Of a stretch of DNA of 64,000 bases, positions 1 through 10,358 are shown piece by piece. Position 1 is the first letter of the stretch; every line of letters starts with the position of its first letter. Position numbers and translations under genes: made by a program. Source of the stretch: a bacterium (GTDB lineage: Bacteria; Patescibacteriota; Minisyncoccia; UBA6257; JAGOQP01); contig JAKANP010000003.1 in assembly GCA_021812345.1 (NCBI GenBank), positions 82 to 64,081 of the forward strand, written 5' to 3'. The notes below the pieces were generated by a model that made no database searches, had not been told where the DNA came from, and saw nothing but the letters and a program-made list of their open reading frames with translations.

Positions 1-1027
1 GGATATCGGGACAACATCCATAAAAATTGCGGAACTGTCAAAAGGGAAACCCAATCCTAATTTGGTAAATTATGCGGTTTTGGAAAGCTACAGTCATTTT
101 GAAAGAGCCAATAATGTTATTCAGGCGAACTCTTTGAAAATTTCAGAGCCTGAGGCAACCGCTTTGTTAAGAACTCTTTTAAAACAAGCAAAATTTTCCA
201 GCAAGTCGGTAGTTGCTTCAATACCGTCTTATGCCTCTTTTATAACTTTTATGGAAATGCCCGCAATGAGCCAGGCCGATACCGAAAAGGCGATGGGATT
301 TCAAATCAAGCAAAATATTCCGCTACCTCTTTCGGAAATTGCCGTTGATTGGATAAGAGTCGGGGAACGCACCGATGAAAACGGATTTTCAAAACAACAA
401 ATAATGCTCATTGCCATTCCTAATGAAACAATAAATAAATACAAAACAATTTTTAAAAATGTCGGATTGTCTTTGAGAGCATTGGAAGTTGAAAACCTGG
501 CTTTCTCCAGGGCGGTAATCGGCGCCGACAAAACCGCAACGTTAATTGTTGATATCGGCGCTCATTCAACAAACATCAGTGTCGTGGACCAGTCGTTTTT
601 GAAACACAATACCCAGATTGATTACGCCGGAGACACTTTAACGGAGGCGGTAGTTAAGGGATTGGGGATAAGTTATAAAAGAGCCGAGGAATTGAAAAAA
701 CAAAGGGGCATTACCGGCGGGGTTGGCGAGTATGAGTTATCCACATTGGAAACTCCGTTCATTGATGTTATAATAAGTGAGGTTATAAAAGTTAAAGATA
801 ATTTTGAAAATAATTTCGGAGTAAAAATTCAGCGATGTCTTTTGATAGGTGGGACGGCTAATCTTTTGGGAATAGATAAATATTTTGAAAACCAACTGGG
901 ATTGCCGACAGCGTTAGGAAACGGATTACTTTTCGTTTCAACCCCGTCCGAACTTAATGTCGTCGAAAGAGAACTTCAAACGAGATTCGCTATTGCCATC
1001 GGACTGGCAATTAAAAATTTTATTTAG
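1..1027 (+). CDS. pilM: Type IV pilus assembly protein PilM (5' truncated by window edge)
   Basis: Frame open from base 2 reads DIGTTSIKIAEL (actin-like phosphate motif), later IVDIGAHST and LIGGTANL; first gene of the pil cluster. Confidence 0.92.
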   Translation, partial: DIGTTSIKIAELSKGKPNPNLVNYAVLESYSHFERANNVIQANSLKISEPEATALLRTLLKQAKFSSKSVVASIPSYASFITFMEMPAMSQADTEKAMGFQIKQNIPLPLSEIAVDWIRVGERTDENGFSKQQIMLIAIPNETINKYKTIFKNVGLSLRALEVENLAFSRAVIGADKTATLIVDIGAHSTNISVVDQSFLKHNTQIDYAGDTLTEAVVKGLGISYKRAEELKKQRGITGGVGEYELSTLETPFIDVIISEVIKVKDNFENNFGVKIQRCLLIGGTANLLGIDKYFENQLGLPTALGNGLLFVSTPSELNVVERELQTRFAIAIGLAIKNFI

Positions 1028-1040
1028 TAAAATATAAACA

Positions 1041-1610
1041 ATGCCGGATATTAATTCAACTATTGGTAGAGCGAGATCAGCCGGAATACCGTCAACAGGT
1101 TTTCCTTGGCGACTTCTGATTATTTCCATTGTCGTTTTCGGATTGACCGTTTTGATTTGGGCCGGAATTTCTTTCGGATATATTCCTTATTTGAATTCTC
1201 AAATAAGTTCGGTTGACTCGGCATTTAAAAGTTTATCGTCACAAATAAATACAAGCCAGCAACAAGACCTTGCTCAGTTTTACTCTCAACTTTATAACAT
1301 TCAAACATTATCAAAAAATCACAGTTATTCTTCAAAATTATTCGATGTTTTGGAAAAAGATGTTTATCCGATGGTTAAAGTTAATAATGCGCAATTGGAC
1401 ATAAGTTCGGGCAATCTTTCCATCGATGGGACCGCATTTGACTACGCCACTTTAATAAATCAATTGGCGATATTAAAAGCCGATCCGAATATCGCCTCGG
1501 TCTCTTTGGATTCTTCAAAACAAAATTCATCCAAAGACGGCAATGGAGTTTTATTCTCAATAAAATTAATTTTCAGCAACGGATTTTTTAATCAACCGTC
1601 ACAACAATAA
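1041..1610 (+). CDS. pilN: PilN-like pilus alignment protein
   Basis: Single N-terminal TM helix, coiled segment, C-terminal LSIDG...FSIKL beta pattern; follows pilM. Confidence 0.7.
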   Translation: MPDINSTIGRARSAGIPSTGFPWRLLIISIVVFGLTVLIWAGISFGYIPYLNSQISSVDSAFKSLSSQINTSQQQDLAQFYSQLYNIQTLSKNHSYSSKLFDVLEKDVYPMVKVNNAQLDISSGNLSIDGTAFDYATLINQLAILKADPNIASVSLDSSKQNSSKDGNGVLFSIKLIFSNGFFNQPSQQ

Positions 1611-1620
1611 TTTAAATTTT

Positions 1621-2193
1621 ATGAAACCGACTTCAAAAAGAATTTTATTTATATTGTTAACGATGTTCTTCCTGATTGCCTCAGTGGTGGTTTACTCATC
1701 TTTTATTCAAAGCGCTTACAGCCAAGTAGTTTCGCTAAGAGGGCAACTGGCTTCAGAACAAAGCAATTATCAGCAATTAAGCCAAACGATTGCTCAGATA
1801 AAAACATTGATTGATAAGTTTCAAAGCCAATCATCAGATCGCAGTAAAATTTCTTTAATCCTGCCGACATCAAAAGATCCAAGCTATTTACTGAGTCAAA
1901 TCGTAGGATTGGCTCAAGCTGATGGTGTTGTAATATCTTCAGTTGGAACTCAAATTCTTCCGATTCAGCCGTCCGGGTCAAATATTGTTAAAGGAATCGG
2001 ACAAATAAAAGCCGATGTCGCTTTATCAGGAAGTTATGCTTCTTTTAAAACCTTCTTAAAGCAAATGGAAACGAATATTTTGATTTTGGATGTTAATAAT
2101 TTGAAATTATCTTCCTCTCAACAATCGGGAGCAGGAAGCGTTCCCACTTTAAGTTACAACATTTCTTTAACCAGTTATTATCAATCTAATTAA
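1621..2193 (+). CDS. pilO: PilO-like pilus alignment protein
   Basis: TM helix, coiled coil, LP..D...LL and GSYASFKTFLKQME motifs typical of PilO. Confidence 0.8.
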   Translation: MKPTSKRILFILLTMFFLIASVVVYSSFIQSAYSQVVSLRGQLASEQSNYQQLSQTIAQIKTLIDKFQSQSSDRSKISLILPTSKDPSYLLSQIVGLAQADGVVISSVGTQILPIQPSGSNIVKGIGQIKADVALSGSYASFKTFLKQMETNILILDVNNLKLSSSQQSGAGSVPTLSYNISLTSYYQSN

Positions 2194-2215
2194 GTTAAAT
2201 AAATTAAAATAAATT

Positions 2216-2512
2216 ATGGCAATTTTTATAGAAGAAGAAAAAGGTAATGGAGGGGGATGGTTTGGATTCGGGATTGTCGCGATTGTTTTGATTATTTTGG
2301 CTTTTGCTATTTATTATTTGTTTTTTATTTCTCCTCAATTAATAAACACGGTTGTCCCACCAAGTCTTCAAGTCGTAAGCGACATAAAACAACTTTCCAA
2401 TTTCGATCCGAATACGGTTTTAAACGGAACTTTTTACAACAGTCTAAAATCAACAGTAAGTCCTCCTAATCCGCCACCGGCGGGGAACGCCACTCCTTTT
2501 GGAGTTTACTGA
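2216..2512 (+). CDS. Small single-TM protein in the pil cluster (PilP position)
   Basis: TM helix and Pro-rich C-terminus ending TPFG; synteny only. Confidence 0.6.
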   Translation: MAIFIEEEKGNGGGWFGFGIVAIVLIILAFAIYYLFFISPQLINTVVPPSLQVVSDIKQLSNFDPNTVLNGTFYNSLKSTVSPPNPPPAGNATPFGVY

Positions 2513-2573
2513 TTTAATTAATTTATAAACAAGTCGCATTTTGATGAAAATTAAAGTTTAAAAATATCGGCAA

Positions 2574-4313
2574 ATGGAAAATAAAGTTTTAATAGATAAA
2601 TTAATCGCAGCCGGATTTTTAACTCAAGACAACGGACAGAAGCTTCTTCAGGAAGCTTCTTTTGCCAAACGTCCGGTTGAAGATCTGATTTATGAAAGAC
2701 GAATTGTTCCGGAACAATCTTTGACTGAGACCAAGAGTCAGATTTTAAATATTCCTTACAAAAATGCGGATGTTTCTTCCATTGGCGACAATTTGATGAA
2801 AATTGTTCCCGAGACGACAGTCAGAAATTTCAGAGTAGTTCCGATGGAATTAAAAGACGATTTGCTGATTGTCGGAATGGTTAATCCGGACGATCCAAGA
2901 GCGCAAGAGGCGCTTAAATTTCTCGCCCGTCAAATTAAAGCCAATTTGGGAATTTATTTGATACCAATGTCGTTATGGGAAGCGGTTTTGAGAAAATATT
3001 CTCCTTATCGCAGTGAAGTTGAAGAGGCGGTCAAATCCATATCTTCTACCAGTATTAAAAAAATGTCTTCAGGACAACAGATTGTTCAGTTGGAAGCGGG
3101 GCAATCGGCGGGAGAAGATGCGCCGATTATTCGCATTGTCGCTTCAACGTTAAAAGAAGCGGTTTATCAACGATCTTCGGATATTCACATTGAACCGCAA
3201 AGAAATCGATTGAGAATCAGATTTCGTTTGGATGGAGAACTTCAGGAAGTAGCATCAATGCCAATAGAACTTTATCAGCCGATAGTTTCCCGTATAAAAG
3301 TTTTGTCAAATTTAAAAATTGACGAGACTAGAATTCCTCAGGATGGAAGATTCAGAACGATGCTTTTGGGGCGCGATATAGATTTTCGTGTGGCGACATT
3401 TCCGACGCCTGTCGGTGAAAAAGTGGCTATTCGTGTTTTGGATCCGACCGTCGGATTGAAAGGATTGGAAGAGCTGGGACTTTTGGGAAGAAATCTAACT
3501 ATCATAAAAGATGGCATTCAAAAACCTTTTGGAATGATTTTAATTACCGGACCGACCGGATCCGGAAAATCAACAACTTTGTATGCTTTGATGCAGGTTT
3601 TAAATAAAGAAGATGTTAACATTGTAAGCTTGGAAGATCCGGTTGAATATTATATGGACGGACTCAATCAATCCCAGGTTCATCCGGAAATCGGATATGA
3701 TTTCGCTTCCGGATTAAGGCAAATTTTGCGTCAGGACCCGGACATTATTATGGTTGGTGAAATCAGAGACAACGAAACGGCAGCGCTGGCGGTTCACGCC
3801 GCTTTAACCGGTCACATAGTTTTGTCCACCTTGCACACCAATAATGCGGCCGGAGTGGTTCCCAGATTAATAGACATGAAGGTTGATGAATTTTTACTGC
3901 CGGCTTCTTTAAATTTGATGGTTGGACAAAGATTAGTTCCGCGTCTTTGTCAGCAGTGCAAGAAAGAAAAAGAATTGACTCCCGAATTGAGAAAAATAGT
4001 TGAAGGTGTTGTTGCTGAAATGAATCCCTCCGATTTGAAAGATTTTGGAGTTTCTTCTCCTTATAAAATTTACGAGTCACCGGGATGTTCGGCATGTAAC
4101 GGAAAAGGAGTTTCGGGCAGAGTGGCGATGTTTGAAATATTAAGAATGACTTCGGAATTGGCGGAAGTTATAGATCAAAAAGGAACCGAAGGCGATATCG
4201 TTAAAGAAGCGGTAAGACAAAAGATGATAACTTTAAGACAGGACGGAGTGGTCAAAGCGCTTAAAGGGCTGGTATCGCTTGAGGTTGTATTAAGAGAAAC
4301 CGAAGAATTATGA
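2574..4313 (+). CDS. pilB: Type IV pilus assembly ATPase PilB/GspE
   Basis: SDIHIEP, PQDGRF, Walker A GPTGSGKST, LRQDPDIIMVGEIRD, tetracysteine motif. Confidence 0.95.
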   Translation: MENKVLIDKLIAAGFLTQDNGQKLLQEASFAKRPVEDLIYERRIVPEQSLTETKSQILNIPYKNADVSSIGDNLMKIVPETTVRNFRVVPMELKDDLLIVGMVNPDDPRAQEALKFLARQIKANLGIYLIPMSLWEAVLRKYSPYRSEVEEAVKSISSTSIKKMSSGQQIVQLEAGQSAGEDAPIIRIVASTLKEAVYQRSSDIHIEPQRNRLRIRFRLDGELQEVASMPIELYQPIVSRIKVLSNLKIDETRIPQDGRFRTMLLGRDIDFRVATFPTPVGEKVAIRVLDPTVGLKGLEELGLLGRNLTIIKDGIQKPFGMILITGPTGSGKSTTLYALMQVLNKEDVNIVSLEDPVEYYMDGLNQSQVHPEIGYDFASGLRQILRQDPDIIMVGEIRDNETAALAVHAALTGHIVLSTLHTNNAAGVVPRLIDMKVDEFLLPASLNLMVGQRLVPRLCQQCKKEKELTPELRKIVEGVVAEMNPSDLKDFGVSSPYKIYESPGCSACNGKGVSGRVAMFEILRMTSELAEVIDQKGTEGDIVKEAVRQKMITLRQDGVVKALKGLVSLEVVLRETEEL

Positions 4314-4382
4314 GCCACATTTTTATAAAATAAATATTTTTTAAAATTTTGAAATAAAAATATAATAAGATATAATATCAAT

Positions 4383-5453
4383 ATGACTGACTACAAACAA
4401 AAATTAAATGATTTGCTTTTAATGTGCGCCAAGCAAGACGCTTCCGATTTGCACATTGCCGTCGGAAGACATCCGACTTTGAGAATTGACGGCGCTTTAG
4501 TTCCTTTGACCAAGGAATCAATTTTAACTCCTCAAGATACCGAAGGATTGGTTACTGCAATTTTAACCGAAACTCAAAAGGGAGAAATGTCTTTAAAAAA
4601 ACAAGTTGACTTCTCATATACTTTTGAAGATAAGGCGCGTTTCAGGGTTAATACTTATTATCAAAGAGGATTTATGGCGATGGCCATGAGATTGATTCCG
4701 GCAAAAGTAAAAACCGTTGAAGAATTAAGATTGCCCCCGATAGTTCATGATTTTTCATCTATATCTCAAGGATTTGTTTTGGTTGTCGGTCCCGCCGGTC
4801 ATGGAAAGTCCACCACTTTGGCGGCAATCATTGATGAAATAAATCACAATAGAACGGAACACATCATAACCATTGAAGACCCGATAGAGTATCTTTTTTT
4901 ACAAGACAAAAGCATTGTCTCTCAGAGAGAGGTTAAAATAGATACCGTTGATTTTTCCGATGCCTTAAGATCGCTCTTAAGACAAGACCCGGATGTGGTG
5001 ATGATAGGAGAAATGCGCGATACCGAATCAATTTCCACGGCGCTAACCGCCGCCGAAACGGGACACTTGGTTCTTGCCACTTTGCACACAAATTCCGCAT
5101 CGCAAACTATTGATCGTATTATCGACAGTTTTCCGGCAGAACAGCAAAGCCAAGTAGCTTCACAGCTTTCTGCGGTATTAGTTGGAATAGTTTCAGAACG
5201 TCTTATTCCAAGAATTGATGGCGGAAGAGTTCCGGCTTGCGAAATCATGATCGCCAATCCGGCCATAAGAAATTTGATTCGTGAAAGAAAAACTTATCAG
5301 ATAGATTTGGTTATTGAGACTAATTCTCAAGAAGGAATGATAACCTTAAATCGTTCGCTTACCGATTTGGTCAAAAGAAGGGAAATCAGCTTGGAAAATG
5401 CGGAAACTTATTCGTTGAATCCTTCGGAATTAAGAATTTTGTTGGAGAAATAA
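4383..5453 (+). CDS. pilT: Pilus retraction ATPase PilT
   Basis: ASDLH, GPAGHGKST, EDPIE, LRQDPD, AAETGHLV, AIRNLIRE motif. Confidence 0.95.
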   Translation: MTDYKQKLNDLLLMCAKQDASDLHIAVGRHPTLRIDGALVPLTKESILTPQDTEGLVTAILTETQKGEMSLKKQVDFSYTFEDKARFRVNTYYQRGFMAMAMRLIPAKVKTVEELRLPPIVHDFSSISQGFVLVVGPAGHGKSTTLAAIIDEINHNRTEHIITIEDPIEYLFLQDKSIVSQREVKIDTVDFSDALRSLLRQDPDVVMIGEMRDTESISTALTAAETGHLVLATLHTNSASQTIDRIIDSFPAEQQSQVASQLSAVLVGIVSERLIPRIDGGRVPACEIMIANPAIRNLIRERKTYQIDLVIETNSQEGMITLNRSLTDLVKRREISLENAETYSLNPSELRILLEK

Positions 5454-5498
5454 TTTTTAATTTTAATTTCTTAAGAAACATTAAACGGCGAAAGAATT

Positions 5499-6713
5499 AT
5501 GAAATTCAAATATCAAGCAAGAAATAAAACAGGAGAGCTTCAGGTGGGATTTGTTGAAGGCCCGAGCAAGGATGCCGCCATAAGCACGCTCACTACTCAC
5601 GAGCTTTTTGTCTTGAGTTTGGAGTCCGCCGAAAGAAAAAGCCCCTTTGATAGCATTTTGGGTTTTTTTAACAGAGTCAAAACAAAGGATTTGATGGTTT
5701 TTACCAGGCAACTGGCGACAATGCTTGAATCCGAAATGCCGTTAAACAGCGCCTTGCAATCTCTTTATCAGCAAACTCCTAAAGTCGCTTTAAAGGAAGC
5801 CGTCTTTGAAATTTTACAGGATGTTGAAGCGGGACTTTCTTTATCGCAAGCGCTTGAAAGACAACAACCAATTTTTTCCGACTTTTATGTGAGTATGGTT
5901 CGCTCGGCTGAAGTAACCGGACGTCTTGAAGAGTCGATGATGTTTTTGGCAAGCTACATAGAAAAAGAAGCCGGTTGGAAAGGAAAAATTTCAACTGCCA
6001 TGATTTATCCCGGAGTTTTAATCACGATGTTTGTTATTGTTGCCGGAGTTATGGTGGCTTTCGTTTTTCCTAAAATTGGTCCGGTCTTTCAGGATTCGGG
6101 AGTACAACTTCCATGGATGACGCAGGCGCTTTTGACTGTCGGTTCATTTTTGACCAACTGGTGGTGGCTGGCGATATTACTTGTTGCCGGTATTGCATTC
6201 ATAATTGTCGATTATTTTAAAAGTCCCGAAGGAAAAGCGGTTGGAAATCAGTTGATTATAATTGTGCCGGTTTTTGGGGAGCTTTTCAGAAAAATTTATA
6301 TCGCCAGATTTTCTCAATCGCTCAGCGTTTTGATTAAAGGAGGAATTCCCATAACTCAGGCGATTGAAATCGCTTCTTCTACTATCGGTAATGTGGTATA
6401 CGAGGAAATTTTAAAAGATATTGCCGAAGGAGTGAGAGAGGGGGCCTTGCTTTCAAATTTGCTGTCTTCTTATCCAAAATATTTTCCTTTGATGGTTGGC
6501 CAAATGGCGGCAGTCGGAGAAAGCACCGGAAGAGTTGATGAGATGATGAGCAAAATATCCGATTTTTATGATAATGAAGTAAATGATATGATGGCAAACC
6601 TGTCCGAGCTTATTCAGCCGATATTGATTTTGATTATCGGAGTTTTAATCGGACTTCTTTTTGCCGCAATATTGCTTCCAATCTACAATTTGGCGCAATC
6701 GTTTAAGATTTAA
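5499..6713 (+). CDS. pilC: Type IV pilus platform protein PilC/GspF
   Basis: FTRQLATML, AMIYP, GESTG, two GspF repeats with TM helices. Confidence 0.95.
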   Translation: MKFKYQARNKTGELQVGFVEGPSKDAAISTLTTHELFVLSLESAERKSPFDSILGFFNRVKTKDLMVFTRQLATMLESEMPLNSALQSLYQQTPKVALKEAVFEILQDVEAGLSLSQALERQQPIFSDFYVSMVRSAEVTGRLEESMMFLASYIEKEAGWKGKISTAMIYPGVLITMFVIVAGVMVAFVFPKIGPVFQDSGVQLPWMTQALLTVGSFLTNWWWLAILLVAGIAFIIVDYFKSPEGKAVGNQLIIIVPVFGELFRKIYIARFSQSLSVLIKGGIPITQAIEIASSTIGNVVYEEILKDIAEGVREGALLSNLLSSYPKYFPLMVGQMAAVGESTGRVDEMMSKISDFYDNEVNDMMANLSELIQPILILIIGVLIGLLFAAILLPIYNLAQSFKI

Positions 6714-6817
6714 AAAATGAAAAAATTTGATATAATGAATATATATTGTTTGAGGTCGATTAGTGTATTGAAATTTAAATAAATGTTTTTTAAAAAAATA
6801 ATTAAAATAATTAAAAT

Positions 6818-7324
6818 ATGAATAAAAATATTATTAAAAAAAGTTCGGGTTTTACTTTAATCGAAATGCTTATTGTGGTTGCCATTATTGCCGTTTTGGC
6901 CTCAATCTTTTTAGTGGGATTAAGCGGTTTTAGAGGAGCGGCAAACGATTCAAGAAGATTGTCGGATTTGCAAAAAGTCCAAAGCTATTTGGAATTATAC
7001 TATAATAAAAATGGCAGTTATCCTGCGGCGGCGGATTGGTCTGCTTTAGCAACTGCTTTGAGTGGAGCCAGTATTGGAGTTAATGTCATTCCAAATGATC
7101 CTGTTGCCGGCCAAGTTTATTATTATGAATATAGTCCGTTAACTTCTCCTCAAAAATACGTTATGGCAGCTATTCTTTCCGACCCTAATTCTAAATCTGT
7201 TTTGGATGAAGCCAGCTCTTCTTTGGGTGGATTTAAAAGTGGTGCTACTGGTTGGTCAGGAAGCTTTACTACCATTGGCAGTTGTGGAAGTAATGGAGTC
7301 TATTGCGTTTCATCCGGATTTTAA
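6818..7324 (+). CDS. Type IV pilin (probable major pilin)
   Basis: Class III signal G|FTLIEMLIVVAII; C-terminal Cys pair. Confidence 0.88.
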   Translation: MNKNIIKKSSGFTLIEMLIVVAIIAVLASIFLVGLSGFRGAANDSRRLSDLQKVQSYLELYYNKNGSYPAAADWSALATALSGASIGVNVIPNDPVAGQVYYYEYSPLTSPQKYVMAAILSDPNSKSVLDEASSSLGGFKSGATGWSGSFTTIGSCGSNGVYCVSSGF

Positions 7325-7333
7325 TTTAAAAAT

Positions 7334-8221
7334 ATGAGCGCATATTTAGAAATCGGATTATTTTTAATAGGCCTTGCTTTTGGAAGCTTTCTTAACGTTA
7401 TTACTCTGCGTTATTCTCCGCAGGAAGGTTTTTATCACAAAAAACATTATTTGGGCCGTTCGCATTGTCCTCACTGTCAGAGAAATCTTATGTGGTATGA
7501 ATTGGTTCCTTTATTCAGTTATGTTTTTTTGAAAGGGAAATGCCGTTCCTGTCAAACCAAACTTACCATTCAGTATCCTTTGGTAGAACTTGCTTCGGGA
7601 TTAATTTTTGTTTTTGTTCCGATTGTTTTGCGCGGTCTGTTTTTATCTTTATCGCCAAATATTTTGGTTTTAATCGCGACTTCGTCGGTCATCTGGATAA
7701 CGGCTTTTATGTTTATGCTGGCGATGCTGGTTATAGATTGGAGGCATTATATAATTCCCAATTCCGTAAGTTTAACTTTATTTATAGTGGCTTTGATTTG
7801 GATTATCGTCGGCCAGTATAACGGAGCTTTTAGCAGTATTTACGGAGCTTCTTTTTTGAAACAGTTTGCGGCAATTTTCCCTCAATTTTCTTCTCAAATT
7901 TTAAATCATTTAGCCGGAGCTTTCTTGGGACTTTTGTTTTTTTTGGGAATATTTGTATTTTCCAAAGGCAGGGCAATGGGCATGGGGGATGTTAAACTGA
8001 TGGGAGTTTTGGGACTTTTGTTCGGATGGCCCGATACTTTAATAGTGATGCTTCTGTCTTTTATAATCGGAGCTTTAACGTCGGTTTTTCTGATGGCGCG
8101 GGGAAAAAAGAAAATCACCGACAAAATTCCATTCGGGCCGTTTATTGTTATTTCCGCGGCAATCGTTTTTTTCTTCGGGGCTGGATTAATGAGCGCCTAT
8201 TTTGGTATAATTGGAATGTGA
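7334..8221 (+). CDS. pilD: Prepilin peptidase
   Basis: GSFLNV, RSHCPHC/CRSC zinc motif, GMGDVKL, IPFGPF. Confidence 0.95.
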   Translation: MSAYLEIGLFLIGLAFGSFLNVITLRYSPQEGFYHKKHYLGRSHCPHCQRNLMWYELVPLFSYVFLKGKCRSCQTKLTIQYPLVELASGLIFVFVPIVLRGLFLSLSPNILVLIATSSVIWITAFMFMLAMLVIDWRHYIIPNSVSLTLFIVALIWIIVGQYNGAFSSIYGASFLKQFAAIFPQFSSQILNHLAGAFLGLLFFLGIFVFSKGRAMGMGDVKLMGVLGLLFGWPDTLIVMLLSFIIGALTSVFLMARGKKKITDKIPFGPFIVISAAIVFFFGAGLMSAYFGIIGM

Positions 8222-8811
8222 AATTCCCAATAAAAAAAATAAAACCATTTTTCGACTCGAATGGTTTTACTCTGGTTGAATTACTGGTGACTATTTCATT
8301 AATGGCGGTTTTTGTCACCTTTGCTTTGGGATATAACAGAACTGCCGACCAACAGCTGGCTTTGTTCAGGGAAGAGGGAAAATTTGTCAATGAAATTTAT
8401 AAAGCGCGTTCTCTGGCTATTACCACGTTTAATAGAACCGGAACTTCAACCGATGTTCCTTGCGGTTATGGAATTCATATAGCATCTTCAACCGCGGTGA
8501 CTCTTTTTAAGGACCTTCCCGATGTTCCCGGAAACTGCAAAGATTATACTCAATTAAGTTTAGGAAGTATTTATTCATCACAAAACGGCAATGAAGACGT
8601 TGAAACAATTTCATTAAATGGAATTTACATTTCTTATTCCGGCAGCAGTGATTTTTCATTAAATCCGATAGATATTCTTTTTGTTCCTCCCGATCCATCG
8701 GTTTATTCAAATAAAAACTTTCCTATTAATCTTCAGCTTACTTCTCCGGCACTTTCAACTTCTCCAATCGCGGTTACCATAAATCAATTTGGTCAAATCT
8801 CAACTCAATAA
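8218..8811 (+). CDS. Minor pilin (FimT/GspH-like)
   Basis: G|FTLVELLV; likely GTG start at 8218 overlapping the pilD stop (GTGA). Confidence 0.8.
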   Translation: MKFPIKKIKPFFDSNGFTLVELLVTISLMAVFVTFALGYNRTADQQLALFREEGKFVNEIYKARSLAITTFNRTGTSTDVPCGYGIHIASSTAVTLFKDLPDVPGNCKDYTQLSLGSIYSSQNGNEDVETISLNGIYISYSGSSDFSLNPIDILFVPPDPSVYSNKNFPINLQLTSPALSTSPIAVTINQFGQISTQ

Positions 8812-8816
8812 TTTTT

Positions 8817-9350
8817 ATGAATATATTTAAAGAAAATTCAGGACAGGTATTGGTGGAAACGATGGTTGCTTTAACTATGGTTACCATCGGCCTTTTGGGA
8901 ATTTTAAGCTTGCTCTCTTATTCTATAGGACTCAATAAAGTTGTTTCCGACCAGTATGTTGCTTCTTATATTGCCGCCGAAGGAATAGAAATTGTTAAAA
9001 ATATAATAGATAACAATGTGGTTTCTGGGAATCCTTATAATACGGGATTGGATTCTCCCGGAAACTATATTGCTGATTATAAAAGCACCAGTCTTACTCC
9101 TGTCGATTCTACAAACAATGTTCCGTTGAGATTTGATAACTGTTCTTCTTTGGGGGCGACAATGAAATACGCATATATTCAAGATTGTATTTGTGTCAAT
9201 ACTGCCGCGCAGACGTCTTTTAAAAGAACTATAAATATTTCCTATTATGATATTAATGAGATGATAGTGAAATCAACGGTTGATTGGACAAGCAGAGGCG
9301 GAATTACAGGTGAAATTGTTGTTGAAGATCATTTTTATAATTGGCGTTAA
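8817..9350 (+). CDS. Minor pilin (PilV-like)
   Basis: G|QVLVETMVAL and A.EGIE motif. Confidence 0.78.
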   Translation: MNIFKENSGQVLVETMVALTMVTIGLLGILSLLSYSIGLNKVVSDQYVASYIAAEGIEIVKNIIDNNVVSGNPYNTGLDSPGNYIADYKSTSLTPVDSTNNVPLRFDNCSSLGATMKYAYIQDCICVNTAAQTSFKRTINISYYDINEMIVKSTVDWTSRGGITGEIVVEDHFYNWR

Positions 9351-9360
9351 AAATATTAAA

Positions 9361-9912
9361 ATGAGATTTAATAATTTTAAATTTAATAAGCAAGAAGGGC
9401 AATCATTGGTTGAAATGCTGATTGCGATGAGCATTTTTGTGATATTCATCGTTATTGCTGTTGGGGGGTTTATTCAAACTATGACCAACCAAAGAATTGT
9501 TTTAAAACTTAGCGCCGCAACCGATAATATGAGTTTTTCTTTGGAGCAGATGATGAGAGAAATCAGAGTAGGTAATAATTTTAATGTTTATGACAATGGC
9601 CAATCCATAAGCTTTAATGGTTATGACGAAAATGGCAATCAGGAAAATATTATTTATTCTCTTAATTCTTCTACCGGAGCTATTGATAGAACTTTTTCTA
9701 TTCCCGCTTCTATTCCCGCAATAAACGTTTCTCCAAGCACGGCTCCGCTTACTGCCAACAATGTTACCGTGAGTTATTTTAATGTAAGCAAGTATCAGCC
9801 GCATAATCCTGGACCGGCGTTGATAACTATCGTGATAGGCGTCACCGCTTCCGATAGAGGAGTTTCTATCACTAATTATATTCAAACAAGCGTAAGTTCA
9901 AGGGCTTTTTAA
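9361..9912 (+). CDS. Minor pilin (PilW/GspJ-like)
   Basis: G|QSLVEMLIAM, LEQMMREIR; ATG at 9361 preferred over the ORF-track start. Confidence 0.78.
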   Translation: MRFNNFKFNKQEGQSLVEMLIAMSIFVIFIVIAVGGFIQTMTNQRIVLKLSAATDNMSFSLEQMMREIRVGNNFNVYDNGQSISFNGYDENGNQENIIYSLNSSTGAIDRTFSIPASIPAINVSPSTAPLTANNVTVSYFNVSKYQPHNPGPALITIVIGVTASDRGVSITNYIQTSVSSRAF

Positions 9913-9920
9913 ATAATCAA

Positions 9921-10319
9921 ATGAAAACAAAAAATCCAAAAATAAATAACAATTTTCAATCGGGACAGGCGATGTTAATAGTGGTTTTGATTTTGGGGGC
10001 GACAATGCTCGGAGTAACGACGATTGTCGGATATGTCTCTCTCCAAAAAATAAAAAATGTTGCCAATATCACGGATTCAACCAAAGCAATTTATGCCGCC
10101 GATTCGGGAGTGGAGTGGTGTTTTTATAATAAAATCGGTTCTAATGGAACGTCAACCTTTGATTGTTCGGGGAGTTCTCCAACTACCGGGACAAGCAGTT
10201 TGTCGCTAAGCAACGGTTCTTCGGTTTCCGTTTCCGAATCCGGTCAGGAAGTTAAATCAATCGGAACCGATAACAGTTCTTATAGGGCTTTTGGCATATT
10301 TCTTGACCAATTTAAATAA
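9921..10319 (+). CDS. Minor pilin (PilX-like)
   Basis: G|QAMLIVV lacking Glu5; AIYAADSGVE motif. Confidence 0.75.
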   Translation: MKTKNPKINNNFQSGQAMLIVVLILGATMLGVTTIVGYVSLQKIKNVANITDSTKAIYAADSGVEWCFYNKIGSNGTSTFDCSGSSPTTGTSSLSLSNGSSVSVSESGQEVKSIGTDNSSYRAFGIFLDQFK

Positions 10320-10358
10320 CGGATTCTTTTTAGGTAAAAACGCATTTGATTTTTTATT

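Noticed and set aside
8026-8217. Long N-terminus of the minor pilin
   Set aside because: Overlaps pilD; GTG at 8218 gives a normal short prepilin leader.
1-10319. Type IV pilus cluster as a novel system
   Set aside because: Standard for CPR bacteria; gene order and motifs are ordinary.
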